Shown: positions 13,601 through 27,966 of the stretch, piece after piece | Layout of the letters: each line of letters starts with the position of its first letter | Numbering within the stretch: position 1 is the stretch's first letter | Source of the DNA: the human T2T-CHM13v2.0 reference genome, Homo sapiens | Length of the DNA stretch: 64,000 nucleotides | Direction: 5' to 3' (one strand) | Assembly (NCBI RefSeq): GCF_009914755.1 | Contig: NC_060933.1 | Position numbers and translations under genes: made by a program | Notes under the pieces: generated by a model | What the model saw: the letters and a program-made list of their open reading frames with translations, nothing else | What the model was told of the DNA's origin: nothing | Databases searched by the model: none

Positions 13601-14528
13601 GCAAGCGGACGTTTTAAGCGCTTTCAGGCCTGTGGTGAGAAAGGAAATATCTTCAAATAAAAACTAGACAGAAGCATTCTCAGAAACTTATTTGCGATGT
13701 GTGTCCTCAACTAACAGAGTTGAACCTTTCTTTTGATACAACATTTTGGAAACACTCTTTTTGTAGAATCTGCAAGTGAATATTTGGATAGCTTTGAAGG
13801 TTTCGTTGGAAACGGGAATATCTTCATATGAAATCAAGACAGAAGCATTCTCAGAAACTTCTCTGTGATGTTTGCATTCAACTCATAGAGTTGAACACTT
13901 CCCTTCATACAGCAGGTTTGAAACACTCTTTTTCTAATATTTGGAAGTGGACATTTGCAGCGCTTTGAGGCCTATGTTGAAAAAGGAAATATCTTCTCCT
14001 AAAAACCAGACAGAAGCATTCTCAGAAACTTCCTTGTGATGTGTGTACTCAAGTAACAGAGTTGAACCTTCCTTTTGACAGAGCAGTTTTGAAGCACTCT
14101 TTTTGTAGAATCTGCAAGTGGATATTTTGATACCTTTGAGGATTTCGTTGGACACGGGATATCTTCATATAAAATCTAGACAGAAGCATTCTCAGAAACT
14201 TCTTTGTGCTGTATGTCCTCAATTAACAGAGTTGAACCTTTGTGTGGATACAGCATTTTGGAAACATTCCTTTAGTAGAATCTGCAAGTTGATATTTAGA
14301 TAGCTAGGAAGATTTCCTTGGAAACGGGAATATCTTCATATAAAATCTAGACGGAAGCATTCTCAGAAAGTGCTTTGTGATGTTTGCATTCAAGTCACAG
14401 AGTTGAATATTCCCTTTTATAGAGCAGGTTTGAAACACTCTTTCTGCACTACCTGGAAGTGGACATTTGGAGCGCTTTGAGGCCTATGTTGAAAAAGGAA
14501 ATATCTTCCCATAAAAACTAGACAGAAG
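10617..14528 (+). repeat. 23-mer HOR, 3912 bp (different subtype order: T2,T3,T2',T3,T4)
   Basis: 5 tetramers + trimer at 14017. Confidence 0.92.
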
Positions 14529-16399
14529 CATTCTCAGAAACTTGTTTGTGATGTGTGTATTCAACTAACAGAGATGAACCTTTCTTTTTACAGAGCAGTT
14601 TTGAAACACTCTTTTTGTGGAATCTGAAAGTGGATATTTGGATAGCTTTGAGGATTTCGTTGGAAACGGGATTACATATAAAACCTAGAGAGAAGCATTC
14701 TCAGGAACTTCTTTGTGATGTTTGCCTTCAAGTCACAGGACTGAACATTCCCTTTCATAGAGCAGGTTTGAAACACTCTTTCTGTAGTATCTGCAAGCTG
14801 ACGTTTCAAGCGCTTTCAGGCCTATGGTGAGAAAGGAAATATCTTCAAGTAAAAACTAGACAGAAGCATTCTCAGAAACTTATTTGAGATGTGTGTTCTC
14901 AACTAACAGAGTTGAACCTTTGTTTTGATATGGCATTTTGGAAACACTCTTTTTGTAGAATCTGCAGGTGGATATTCGGATAGCTTTGAAGGTTTCGTTG
15001 GAAACGGGAATATCTTCATATAAAATCTAGACGGAAGCATTCTCAGAAACTGCTTTGTGATGTTTTCATTCAAGTCACAGAGTAGAATGTTCCCTGTTAT
15101 ATACCAGGTTAGAGACACTCTTTCTGCACTACCTGGAAGTGGACATTTGCAGCGCTTTGAGGCCTATGATGAAAAAGGAAATATCTTCCCATAAAAACTA
15201 GACAGAAGCATTCTCAGAAACTTGTTTGTGATGTGTGTATTCAACTAACAGAGATGAACCTTTCTTTTTACAGAGCAGTTTTGAAACACTCTTTTTGTGG
15301 AATCTGAAAGTGGATATTTGGATAGCTTTGAGGATTTCGTTGGAAACGGGATTACATATAAAATCTAGAGAGAAGCATTCTCAGGAACTTCTTTGTGATG
15401 TTTGCATTCACGTCACAGAACTGAACATTCCCTTTAATAGAGCATGTTTGAAACACTCTTTCTGTAGTATCTGCAAGCGGACGTTTTAAGCGCTTTCAAG
15501 CCTGTGGTGAGAAAGGAAATATCTTCAAATAAAAACTAGACAGAAGCATTCTCAGAAACTTATTTGCGATGTGTGTCCTCAACTAACAGAGTTGAACCTT
15601 TCTTTTGATACAACATTTTGGAAACACTCTTTTTGTAGAATCTGCAAGTGGATATTTGGATAGCTTTGAAGGTTTCGTTGGAAACGGGAATATCTTCATA
15701 TGAAATCAAGACAGAAGCATTCTCAGAAACTTCTCTGTGATGTTTGCATTCAACTCATAGAGTTGAACACTTCCCTTCATACAGCAGGTTTGAAACACTC
15801 TTTTTCTAATATTTGGAAGTGGACATTTGCAGCGCTTTGAGGCCTATGTTGAAAAAGGAAATATCTTCTCCAAAAACCAGACAGAAGCATTCTCAGAAAC
15901 TTCCTTGTGATGTGTGTACTCAAGTAACAGAGTTGAACCTTCCTTTTGACAGAGCAGTTTTGAAGCACTCTTTTTGTAGAATCTGCAAGTGGATATTTTG
16001 ATACCTTTGAGGATTTCGTTGGACACGGGATATCGTCATATAAAATCTAGACAGAAGCATTCTCAGAAACTTCTTTGTTCTGTATGTCCTCAATTAACAG
16101 AGTTGAACCTTTGTGTGGATACAGGATTTTGGAAACATTCCTTTAGTAGAATCTGCAAGTTGATATTTAGATAGCTAGGAAGATTTCCTTGGAAACGGGA
16201 ATATCTTCATATAAAATCTAGACGGAAGCATTCTCAGAAAGTGCTTTGTGATGTTTGCATTCAAGTCACAGAGTTGAATATTCCCTTTTATAGAGCAGGT
16301 TTGAAACACTCTTTCTGCACTACCTGGAAGTGGACATTTGGAGCGCTTTGAGGCCTATGTTGAAAAAGGAAATATCTTCCCATAAAAACTAGACAGAAG
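14529..16399 (+). repeat. 11-mer HOR, 1871 bp (1-bp deletion)
   Basis: 2 tetramers + trimer at 15888; TCTCCAAAAACC instead of TCTCCTAAAAACC. Confidence 0.92.
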
Positions 16400-19300
16400 C
16401 ATTCTCAGAAACTTGTTTGTGATGTGTGTATTCAACTAACAGAGATGAACCTTTCTTTTTACAGAGCAGTTTTGAAACACTCTTTTTGTGGAATCTGAAA
16501 GTGGATATTTGGATAGCTTTGAGGATTTCGTTGGAAACGGGATTACATATAAAACCTAGAGAGAAGCATTCTCAGGAACTTCTTTGTGATGTTTGCCTTC
16601 AAGTCACAGGACTGAACATTCCCTTTCATAGAGCAGGTTTGAAACACTCCTTCTGTAGTATCTGCAAGCTGACGTTTCAAGCGCTTTCAGGCCTATGGTG
16701 ACAAAGGAAATATCTTCAAGTAAAAACTAGACAGAAGCATTCTCAGAAACTTATTTGCGATGTGTGTTCTCAACTAACAGAGTTGAACCTTTGTTTTGAT
16801 ACGGCATTTTGGAAACACTCTTTTTGTAGAATCTGCAGGTGGATATTCGGATAGCTTTGAAGGTTTCGTTGGAAACGGGAATATCTTCATATAAAATCTA
16901 GACGGAAGCATTCTCAGAAACTGCTTTGTGATGTTTTCATTCAAGTCACAGAGTAGAATGTTCCCTGTTATATACCAGGTTTGAGACACTCTTTCTGCAC
17001 TACCTGGAAGTGGACATTTGCAGCGCTTTGAGGCCTATGATGAAAAAGGAAATATCTTCCCATAAAAACTAGACAGAAGCATTCTCAGAAACTTGTTTGT
17101 GATGTGTGTATTCAACTAACAGAGATGAACCTTTCTTTTTACAGAGCAGTTTTGAAACACTCTTTTTGTGGAATCTGAAAGTGGATATTTGGATAGCTTT
17201 GAGGATTTCGTTGGAAACGGGATTACATATAAAATCTAGAGAGAAGCATTCTCAGGAACTTCTTTGTGATGTTTGCATTCACGTCACAGAACTGAACATT
17301 CCCTTTCATAGAGCATGTTTGAAACACTCTTTCTGTAGTATCTGCAAACGGACATTTCAAACGCTTTCAGGCCTATGGTGAGAAAGGAAATATCTTCAAA
17401 TAAAAACTAGACAGAAGCATTCTCAGAAACTTATTTGCGATGTGTGTCCTCAACTAACAGAGTTGAACCTTTCTTTTGATACAACATTTTGGAAACACTC
17501 TTTTTGTAGAATCTGCAAGCGGATATTTGAATAGCTTTGAAGGTTTCGTTGGAAACGGGAATATCTTCATATAAAATCAAGACAGAAGCATTCTCAGAAA
17601 CTTCTCTGTGATGTTTGCATTCAACTCATAGAGTTGAACACTTCCCTTCATACAGCAGGTTTGAAACACTCTTTTTGTAATATTTGGAAGTGGACATTTG
17701 CAGCGCTTTGAGGCCTATGATGAAAAAGGTAATATCTTCCCATAAAAACTAGACAGAAGCATTCTCAGAAACTTGTTTGTGATGTGTGTATTCAACTAAC
17801 AGAGATGAACCTTTCTTTTTACAGAGCAGTTTTGAAACACTCTTTTTGTGGAATCTGAAAGTGGATATTTGGATAGCTTTGCGGATTTCGTTGGAAACGG
17901 GATTACATATAAAATCTAGGGAGAAGCATTCTCAGGAACTTCTTTGTGATGTTTGCATTCAAGTCACAGAACTGAACATTCCCTTTCATAGAGCAGGTTT
18001 GAAACACTCTTTCTGTAGTATCTGCAAGCGGACGTTTTAAGCGCTTTCAGGCCTGTGGTGAGAAAGGAAATATCTTCAAATAAAAACTAGACAGAAGCAT
18101 TCTCAGAAACTTATTTGCGATGTGTGTCCTCAACTAACAGAGTTGAACCTTTCTTTTGATACAACATTTTGGAAACACTCTTTTTGTAGAATCTGCAAGT
18201 GGATATTTGGATAGCTTTGAAGGTTTCTTTGGAAACGGGAATATCTTCATATAAAATCAAGACAGAAGCATTCTCAGAAACTTCTCTGTGATGTTTTCAT
18301 TCAAGTCACAGAGTAGAATGTTCCCTGTTATATACCAGGTTTGAGACACTCTTTCTGCACTACATGGAAGTGGACGTTTGGAGCGCTTTGAGGCCTATGT
18401 TGAAAAAGGAAATATCTTCCCATAAAAACTAGACAGAAGCATTCTCAGAAACTTGTTTGTGATGTGTGTATTCAACTAACAGAGATGAACCTTTCTTTTT
18501 ACAGAGCAGTTTTGAAACACTCTTTTTGTGGAATCTGAAAGTGGATATTTGGATAGCTTTGCGGATTTCGTTGGAAACGGGATTACATATAAAATCTAGG
18601 GAGAAGCATTCTCAGGAACTTCTTTGTGATGTTTGCATTCAAGTCACAGAACTGAACATTCCCTTTCATAGAGCAGGTTTGAAACACTCTTTCTGTAGTA
18701 TCTGCAAGCGGACGTTTTAAGCGCTTTCAGGCCTGTGGTGAGAAAGGAAATATCTTCAAATAAAAACTAGACAGAAGCATTCTCAGAAACTTATTTGCGA
18801 TGTGTGTCCTCAACTAACAGAGTTGAACCTTTCTTTTGATACAACATTTTGGAAACACTCTTTTTGTAGAATCTGCAAGTGGATATTTGGATAGCTTTGA
18901 AGGTTTCGTTGGAAACGGGAATATCTTCATATGAAATCAAGACAGAAGCATTCTCAGAAACTTCTCTGTGATGTTTGCATTCAACTCATAGAGTTGAACA
19001 CTTCCCTTCATACAGCAGGTTTGAAACACTCTTTTTCTAATATTTGGAAGTGGACATTTGCAGCGCTTTGAGGCCTATGTTGAAAAAGGAAATATCTTCT
19101 CCTAAAAACCAGACAGAAGCATTCTCAGAAACTTCCTTGTGATGTGTGTACTCAAGTAACAGAGTTGAACCTTCCTTTTGACAGAGCAGTTTTGAAGCAC
19201 TCTTTTTGTAGAATCTGCAAGTGGATATTTTGATACCTTTGAGGATTTCGTTGGACACGGGATATCTTCATATAAAATCTAGACAGAAGCATTCTCAGAA

Positions 19301-19631
19301 ACTTCTTTGTGCTGTATGTCCTCAATTAACAGAGTTGAACCTTTGTGTGGATACAGCATTTTGGAAACATTCCTTTAGTAGAATCTGCAAGTTGATATTT
19401 AGATAGCTAGGAAGATTTCCTTGGAAACGGGAATATCTTCATATAAAATCTAGACGGAAGCATTCTCAGAAAGTGCTTTGTGATGTTTGCATTCAAGTCA
19501 CAGAGTTGAATATTCCCTTTTATAGAGCAGGTTTGAAACACTCTTTCTGCACTACCTGGAAGTGGACATTTGGAGCGCTTTGAGGCCTATGTTGAAAAAG
19601 GAAATATCTTCCCATAAAAACTAGACAGAAG
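16400..19631 (+). repeat. 19-mer HOR, 3232 bp, containing a duplication junction
   Basis: T1, T3, chimeric T4, T4 + trimer at 19120. Confidence 0.92.
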
Positions 19632-22600
19632 CATTCTCAGAAACTTGTTTGTGATGTGTGTATTCAACTAACAGAGATGAACCTTTCTTTTTACAGAGCA
19701 GTTTTGAAACACTCTTTTTGTGGAATCTGAAAGTGGATATTTGGATAGCTTTGAGGATTTCGTTGGAAACGGGATTACATATAAAACCTAGAGAGAAGCA
19801 TTCTCAGGAACTTCTTTGTGATGTTTGCATTCAAGTCACAGAACTGAACATTCCCTTTCATAGAGCAGGTTTGAAACACTCTTTCTGTAGTATCTGCAAG
19901 CTGACGTTTCAAGCGCTTTCAGGCCTATGGTGAGAAAGGAAATATCTTCAAGTAAAAACTAGACAGAAGCATTCTCAGAAACTTATTTGCGATGTGTGTT
20001 CTCAACTAACAGAGTTGAACCTTTGTTTTGATATGGCATTTTGGAAACACTCTTTTTGTAGAATCTGCAGGTGGATATTCGGATAGCTTTGAAGGTTTCG
20101 TTGGAAACGGGAATATCTTCATATAAAATCTAGACGGAAGCATTCTCAGAAACTGCTTTGTGATGTTTTCATTCAAGTCACACAGTAGAATGTTCCCTGT
20201 TATATACCAGGTTTGAGACACTCTTTCTGCACTACCTGGAAGTGGACATTTGCAGCGCTTTGAGGCCTATGATGAAAAAGGAAATATCTTCCCATAAAAA
20301 CTAGACAGAAGCATTCTCAGAAACTTGTTTTTGATGTGTGTATTCAACTAACAGAGATGAACCTTTCTTTTTACAGAGCAGTTTTGAAACACTCTTTTTG
20401 TGGAATCTGAAAGTGGATATTTGGATAGCTTTGAGGATTTCGTTGGAAACGGGATTACATATAAAATCTAGAGAGAAGCATTCTCAGGAACTTCTTTGTG
20501 ATGTTTGCATTCACGTCACAGAACTGAACATTCCCTTTCATAGAGCATGTTTGAAACACTCTTTCTGTAGTATCTGCAAACGGACATTTCAAACGCTTTC
20601 AGGCCTATGGTGAGAAAGGAAATATCTTCAAATAAAAACTAGACAGAAGCATTCTCAGAAACTTATTTGCGATGTGTGTCCTCAACTAACAGAGTTGAAC
20701 CTTTCTTTTGATACAACATTTTGGAAACACTCTTTTTGTAGAATCTGCAAGTGGATATTTGAATAGCTTTGAAGGTTTCGTTGGAAACGGGAATATCTTC
20801 ATATAAAATCAAGACAGAAGCATTCTCAGAAACTTCTCTGTGATGTTTGCATTCAACTCATAGAGTTGAACACTTCCCTTCATACAGCAGGTTTGAAACA
20901 CTCTTTTTGTAATATTTGGAAGTGGACATTTGCAGCGCTTTGAGGCCTATGATGAAAAAGGTAATATCTTCCCATAAAAACTAGACAGAAGCATTCTCAG
21001 AAACTTGTTTGTGATGTGTGTATTCAACTAACAGAGATGAACCTTTCTTTTTACAGAGCAGTTTTGAAACACTCTTTTTGTGGAATCTGAAAGTGGATAT
21101 TTGGATAGCTTTGCGGATTTCGTTGGAAACGGGATTACATATAAAACCTAGAGAGAAGCATTCTCAGGAACTTCTTTGCGATGTTTGCATTCAAGTCACA
21201 GAACTGAACATTCCCTTTCATAGAGCAGGTTTGAAACACTCTTTCTGTAGTATCTGCAAGCTGACGTTTCAAGCGCTTTCAGGCCTATGGTGAGAAAGGA
21301 AATATCTTCAAGTAAAAACTAGACAGAAGCATTCTCAGAAACTTATTTGCGATGTGTGTTCTCAACTAACAGAGTTGAACCTTTGTTTTGATATGGCATT
21401 TTGGAAACACTCTTTTTGTAGAATCTGCAGGTGGATATTCGGATAGCTTTGAAGGTTTCGTTGGAAACGGGAATATCTTCATATAAAATCTAGACGGAAG
21501 CATTCTCAGAAACTGCTTTGTGATGTTTTCATTCAAGTCACAGAGTAGAATGTTCCCTGTTATATACCAGGTTTGAGACACTCTTTCTGCACTACCTGGA
21601 AGTGGACGTTTGGAGCGCTTTGAGGCCTATGTTGAAAAAGGAAATATCTTCCCATAAAAACTAGACAGAAGCATTCTCAGAAACTTGTTTTTGATGTGTG
21701 TATTCAACTAACAGAGATGAACCTTTCTTTTTACAGAGCAGTTTTGAAACACTCTTTTTGTGGAATCTGAAAGTGGATATTTGGATAGCTTTGAGGATTT
21801 CGTTGGAAACGGGATTACATATAAAACCTAGAGAGAAGCATTCTCAGGAACTTCTTTGTGATGTTTGCATTCACGTCACAGAACTGAACATTCCCTTTCA
21901 TAGAGCATGTTTGAAACACTCTTTCTGTAGTATCTGCAAACGGACATTTCAAACGCTTTCAGGCCTATGGTGAGAAAGGAAATATCTTCAAATAAAAACT
22001 AGATAGAAGCATTCTCAGAAACTTATTTGCGATGTGTGTCCTCAACTATCAGAGTTGAACCTTTCTTTTGATACAACATTTTGGAACCACTCTTTTTGTA
22101 GAATCTGCAAGTGGATATTTGAATAGCTTTGAAGGTTTCGTTGGAAACGGGAATATCTTCATATAAAATCAAGACAGAAGCATTCTCAGAAACTTCTCTG
22201 TGATGTTTGCATTCAACTCATAGAGTTGAACACTTCCCTTCATACAGCAGGTTTGAAACACTCTTTTTGTAATATTTGGAAGTGGACATTTGCAGCGCTT
22301 TGAGGCCTATGATGAAAAAGGAAATATCTTCCCATAAAAACTAGACAGAAGCATTCTCAGAAACTTGTTTGTGATGTGTGTATTCAACTAACAGAGATGA
22401 ACCTTTCTTTTTACAGAGCAGTTTTGAAACACTCTTTTTGTGGAATCTGAAAGTGGATATTTGGATAGCTTTGCGGATTTCGTTGGAAACGGGATTACAT
22501 ATAAAATCTAGGGAGAAGCATTCTCAGGAACTTCTTTGTGATGTTTGCATTCAAGTCACAGAACTGAACATTCCCTTTCATAGATCAGGTTTGAAACACT

Positions 22601-23543
22601 CTTTCTGTAGTATCTGCAAGCGGACGTTTTAAGCGCTTTCAGGCCTGTGGTGAGAAAGGAAATATCTTCAAATAAAAACTAGACAGAAGCATTCTCAGAA
22701 ACTTATTTGCGATGTGTGTCCTCAACTAACAGAGTTGAACCTTTCTTTTGATACAACATTTTGGAAACACTCTTTTTGTAGAATCTGCAAGTGAATATTT
22801 GGATAGCTTTGAAGGTTTCGTTGGAAACGGGAATATCTTCATATGAAATCAAGACAGAAGCATTCTCAGAAACTTCTCTGTGATGTTTGCATTCAACTCA
22901 TAGAGTTGAACACTTCCCTTCATACAGCAGGTTTGAAACACTCTTTTTCTAATATTTGGAAGTGGACATTTGCAGCGCTTTGAGGCCTATGTTGAAAAAG
23001 GAAATATCTTCTCCTAAAAACCAGACAGAAGCATTCTCAGAAACTTCCTTGTGATGTGTGTACTCAAGTAACAGAGTTGAACCTTCCTTTTGACAGAGCA
23101 GTTTTGAAGCACTCTTTTTGTAGAATCTGCAAGTGGATATTTTGATACCTTTGAGGATTTCGTTGGACACGGGATATCTTCATATAAAATCTAGACAGAA
23201 GCATTCTCAGAAACTTCTTTGTGCTGTATGTCCTCAATTAACAGAGTTGAACCTTTGTGTGGATACAGCATTTTGGAAACATTCCTTTAGTAGAATCTGC
23301 AAGTTGATATTTAGATAGCTAGGAAGATTTCCTTGGAAACGGGAATATCTTCATATAAAATCTAGACGGAAGCATTCTCAGAAAGTGCTTTGTGATGTTT
23401 GCATTCAAGTCACAGAGTTGAATATTCCCTTTTATAGAGCAGGTTTGAAACACTCTTTCTGCACTACCTGGAAGTGGACATTTGGAGCGCTTTGAGGCCT
23501 ATGTTGAAAAAGGAAATATCTTCCCATAAAAACTAGACAGAAG
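19632..23543 (+). repeat. 23-mer HOR, copy of 10617-14528
   Basis: Same private variants (AGATAGAAG, GATCAGG) at +9015. Confidence 0.92.
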
Positions 23544-25414
23544 CATTCTCAGAAACTTGTTTGTGATGTGTGTATTCAACTAACAGAGATGAACCTTTCT
23601 TTTTACAGAGCAGTTTTGAAACACTCTTTTTGTGGAATCTGAAAGTGGATATTTGGATAGCTTTGAGGATTTCGTTGGAAACGGGATTACATATAAAACC
23701 TAGAGAGAAGCATTCTCAGGAACTTCTTTGTGATGTTTGCCTTCAAGTCACAGGACTGAACATTCCCTTTCATAGAGCAGGTTTGAAACACTCTTTCTGT
23801 AGTATCTGCAAGCTGACGTTTCAAGCGCTTTCAGGCCTATGGTGAGAAAGGAAATATCTTCAAGTAAAAACTAGACAGAAGCATTCTCAGAAACTTATTT
23901 GAGATGTGTGTTCTCAACTAACAGAGTTGAACCTTTGTTTTGATATGGCATTTTGGAAACACTCTTTTTGTAGAATCTGCAGGTGGATATTCGGATAGCT
24001 TTGAAGGTTTCGTTGGAAACGGGAATATCTTCATATAAAATCTAGACGGAAGCATTCTCAGAAACTGCTTTGTGATGTTTTCATTCAAGTCACAGAGTAG
24101 AATGTTCCCTGTTATATACCAGGTTAGAGACACTCTTTCTGCACTACCTGGAAGTGGACATTTGCAGCGCTTTGAGGCCTATGATGAAAAAGGAAATATC
24201 TTCCCATAAAAACTAGACAGAAGCATTCTCAGAAACTTGTTTGTGATGTGTGTATTCAACTAACAGAGATGAACCTTTCTTTTTACAGAGCAGTTTTGAA
24301 ACACTCTTTTTGTGGAATCTGAAAGTGGATATTTGGATAGCTTTGAGGATTTCGTTGGAAACGGGATTACATATAAAATCTAGAGAGAAGCATTCTCAGG
24401 AACTTCTTTGTGATGTTTGCATTCACGTCACAGAACTGAACATTCCCTTTAATAGAGCATGTTTGAAACACTCTTTCTGTAGTATCTGCAAGCGGACGTT
24501 TTAAGCGCTTTCAAGCCTGTGGTGAGAAAGGAAATATCTTCAAATAAAAACTAGACAGAAGCATTCTCAGAAACTTATTTGCGATGTGTGTCCTCAACTA
24601 ACAGAGTTGAACCTTTCTTTTGATACAACATTTTGGAAACACTCTTTTTGTAGAATCTGCAAGTGGATATTTGGATAGCTTTGAAGGTTTCGTTGGAAAC
24701 GGGAATATCTTCATATGAAATCAAGACAGAAGCATTCTCAGAAACTTCTCTGTGATGTTTGCATTCAACTCATAGAGTTGAACACTTCCCTTCATACAGC
24801 AGGTTTGAAACACTCTTTTTCTAATATTTGGAAGTGGACATTTGCAGCGCTTTGAGGCCTATGTTGAAAAAGGAAATATCTTCTCCAAAAACCAGACAGA
24901 AGCATTCTCAGAAACTTCCTTGTGATGTGTGTACTCAAGTAACAGAGTTGAACCTTCCTTTTGACAGAGCAGTTTTGAAGCACTCTTTTTGTAGAATCTG
25001 CAAGTGGATATTTTGATACCTTTGAGGATTTCGTTGGACACGGGATATCGTCATATAAAATCTAGACAGAAGCATTCTCAGAAACTTCTTTGTTCTGTAT
25101 GTCCTCAATTAACAGAGTTGAACCTTTGTGTGGATACAGGATTTTGGAAACATTCCTTTAGTAGAATCTGCAAGTTGATATTTAGATAGCTAGGAAGATT
25201 TCCTTGGAAACGGGAATATCTTCATATAAAATCTAGACGGAAGCATTCTCAGAAAGTGCTTTGTGATGTTTGCATTCAAGTCACAGAGTTGAATATTCCC
25301 TTTTATAGAGCAGGTTTGAAACACTCTTTCTGCACTACCTGGAAGTGGACATTTGGAGCGCTTTGAGGCCTATGTTGAAAAAGGAAATATCTTCCCATAA
25401 AAACTAGACAGAAG
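23544..25414 (+). repeat. 11-mer HOR, 1871 bp
   Basis: Same variants as 14529-16399. Confidence 0.92.
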
Positions 25415-27966
25415 CATTCTCAGAAACTTGTTTGTGATGTGTGTATTCAACTAACAGAGATGAACCTTTCTTTTTACAGAGCAGTTTTGAAACACTCTTT
25501 TTGTGGAATCTGAAAGTGGATATTTGGATAGCTTTGAGGATTTCGTTGGAAACGGGATTACATATAAAACCTAGAGAGAAGCATTCTCAGGAACTTCTTT
25601 GTGATGTTTGCCTTCAAGTCACAGGACTGAACATTCCCTTTCATAGAGCAGGTTTGAAACACTCCTTCTGTAGTATCTGCAAGCTGACGTTTCAAGCGCT
25701 TTCAGGCCTATGGTGACAAAGGAAATATCTTCAAGTAAAAACTAGACAGAAGCATTCTCAGAAACTTATTTGCGATGTGTGTTCTCAACTAACAGAGTTG
25801 AACCTTTGTTTTGATACGGCATTTTGGAAACACTCTTTTTGTAGAATCTGCAGGTGGATATTCGGATAGCTTTGAAGGTTTCGTTGGAAACGGGAATATC
25901 TTCATATAAAATCTAGACGGAAGCATTCTCAGAAACTGCTTTGTGATGTTTTCATTCAAGTCACAGAGTAGAATGTTCCCTGTTATATACCAGGTTTGAG
26001 ACACTCTTTCTGCACTACCTGGAAGTGGACATTTGCAGCGCTTTGAGGCCTATGATGAAAAAGGAAATATCTTCCCATAAAAACTAGACAGAAGCATTCT
26101 CAGAAACTTGTTTGTGATGTGTGTATTCAACTAACAGAGATGAACCTTTCTTTTTACAGAGCAGTTTTGAAACACTCTTTTTGTGGAATCTGAAAGTGGA
26201 TATTTGGATAGCTTTGAGGATTTCGTTGGAAACGGGATTACATATAAAATCTAGAGAGAAGCATTCTCAGGAACTTCTTTGTGATGTTTGCATTCACGTC
26301 ACAGAACTGAACATTCCCTTTCATAGAGCATGTTTGAAACACTCTTTCTGTAGTATCTGCAAACGGACATTTCAAACGCTTTCAGGCCTATGGTGAGAAA
26401 GGAAATATCTTCAAATAAAAACTAGACAGAAGCATTCTCAGAAACTTATTTGCGATGTGTGTCCTCAACTAACAGAGTTGAACCTTTCTTTTGATACAAC
26501 ATTTTGGAAACACTCTTTTTGTAGAATCTGCAAGTGGATATTTGAATAGCTTTGAAGGTTTCGTTGGAAACGGGAATATCTTCATATAAAATCAAGACAG
26601 AAGCATTCTCAGAAACTTCTCTGTGATGTTTGCATTCAACTCATAGAGTTGAACACTTCCCTTCATACAGCAGGTTTGAAACACTCTTTTTGTAATATTT
26701 GGAAGTGGACATTTGCAGCGCTTTGAGGCCTATGATGAAAAAGGTAATATCTTCCCATAAAAACTAGACAGAAGCATTCTCAGAAACTTGTTTGTGATGT
26801 GTGTATTCAACTAACAGAGATGAACCTTTCTTTTTACAGAGCAGTTTTGAAACACTCTTTTTGTGGAATCTGAAAGTGGATATTTGGATAGCTTTGCGGA
26901 TTTCGTTGGAAACGGGATTACATATAAAATCTAGGGAGAAGCATTCTCAGGAACTTCTTTGTGATGTTTGCATTCAAGTCACAGAACTGAACATTCCCTT
27001 TCATAGAGCAGGTTTGAAACACTCTTTCTGTAGTATCTGCAAGCGGACGTTTTAAGCGCTTTCAGGCCTGTGGTGAGAAAGGAAATATCTTCAAATAAAA
27101 ACTAGACAGAAGCATTCTCAGAAACTTATTTGCGATGTGTGTCCTCAACTAACAGAGTTGAACCTTTCTTTTGATACAACATTTTGGAAACACTCTTTTT
27201 GTAGAATCTGCAAGTGGATATTTGGATAGCTTTGAAGGTTTCGTTGGAAACGGGAATATCTTCATATGAAATCAAGACAGAAGCATTCTCAGAAACTTCT
27301 CTGTGATGTTTGCATTCAACTCATAGAGTTGAACACTTCCCTTCATACAGCAGGTTTGAAACACTCTTTTTCTAATATTTGGAAGTGGACATTTGCAGCG
27401 CTTTGAGGCCTATGTTGAAAAAGGAAATATCTTCTCCTAAAAACCAGACAGAAGCATTCTCAGAAACTTCCTTGTGATGTGTGTACTCAAGTAACAGAGT
27501 TGAACCTTCCTTTTGACAGAGCAGTTTTGAAGCACTCTTTTTGTAGAATCTGCAAGTGGATATTTTGATACCTTTGAGGATTTCGTTGGACACGGGATAT
27601 CTTCATATAAAATCTAGACAGAAGCATTCTCAGAAACTTCTTTGTGCTGTATGTCCTCAATTAACAGAGTTGAACCTTTGTGTGGATACAGCATTTTGGA
27701 AACATTCCTTTAGTAGAATCTGCAAGTTGATATTTAGATAGCTAGGAAGATTTCCTTGGAAACGGGAATATCTTCATATAAAATCTAGACGGAAGCATTC
27801 TCAGAAAGTGCTTTGTGATGTTTGCATTCAAGTCACAGAGTTGAATATTCCCTTTTATAGAGCAGGTTTGAAACACTCTTTCTGCACTACCTGGAAGTGG
27901 ACATTTGGAGCGCTTTGAGGCCTATGTTGAAAAAGGAAATATCTTCCCATAAAAACTAGACAGAAG
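25415..27966 (+). repeat. 15-mer HOR, 2552 bp (T1,T3,T4,trimer)
   Basis: 3 tetramers + trimer. Confidence 0.92.
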
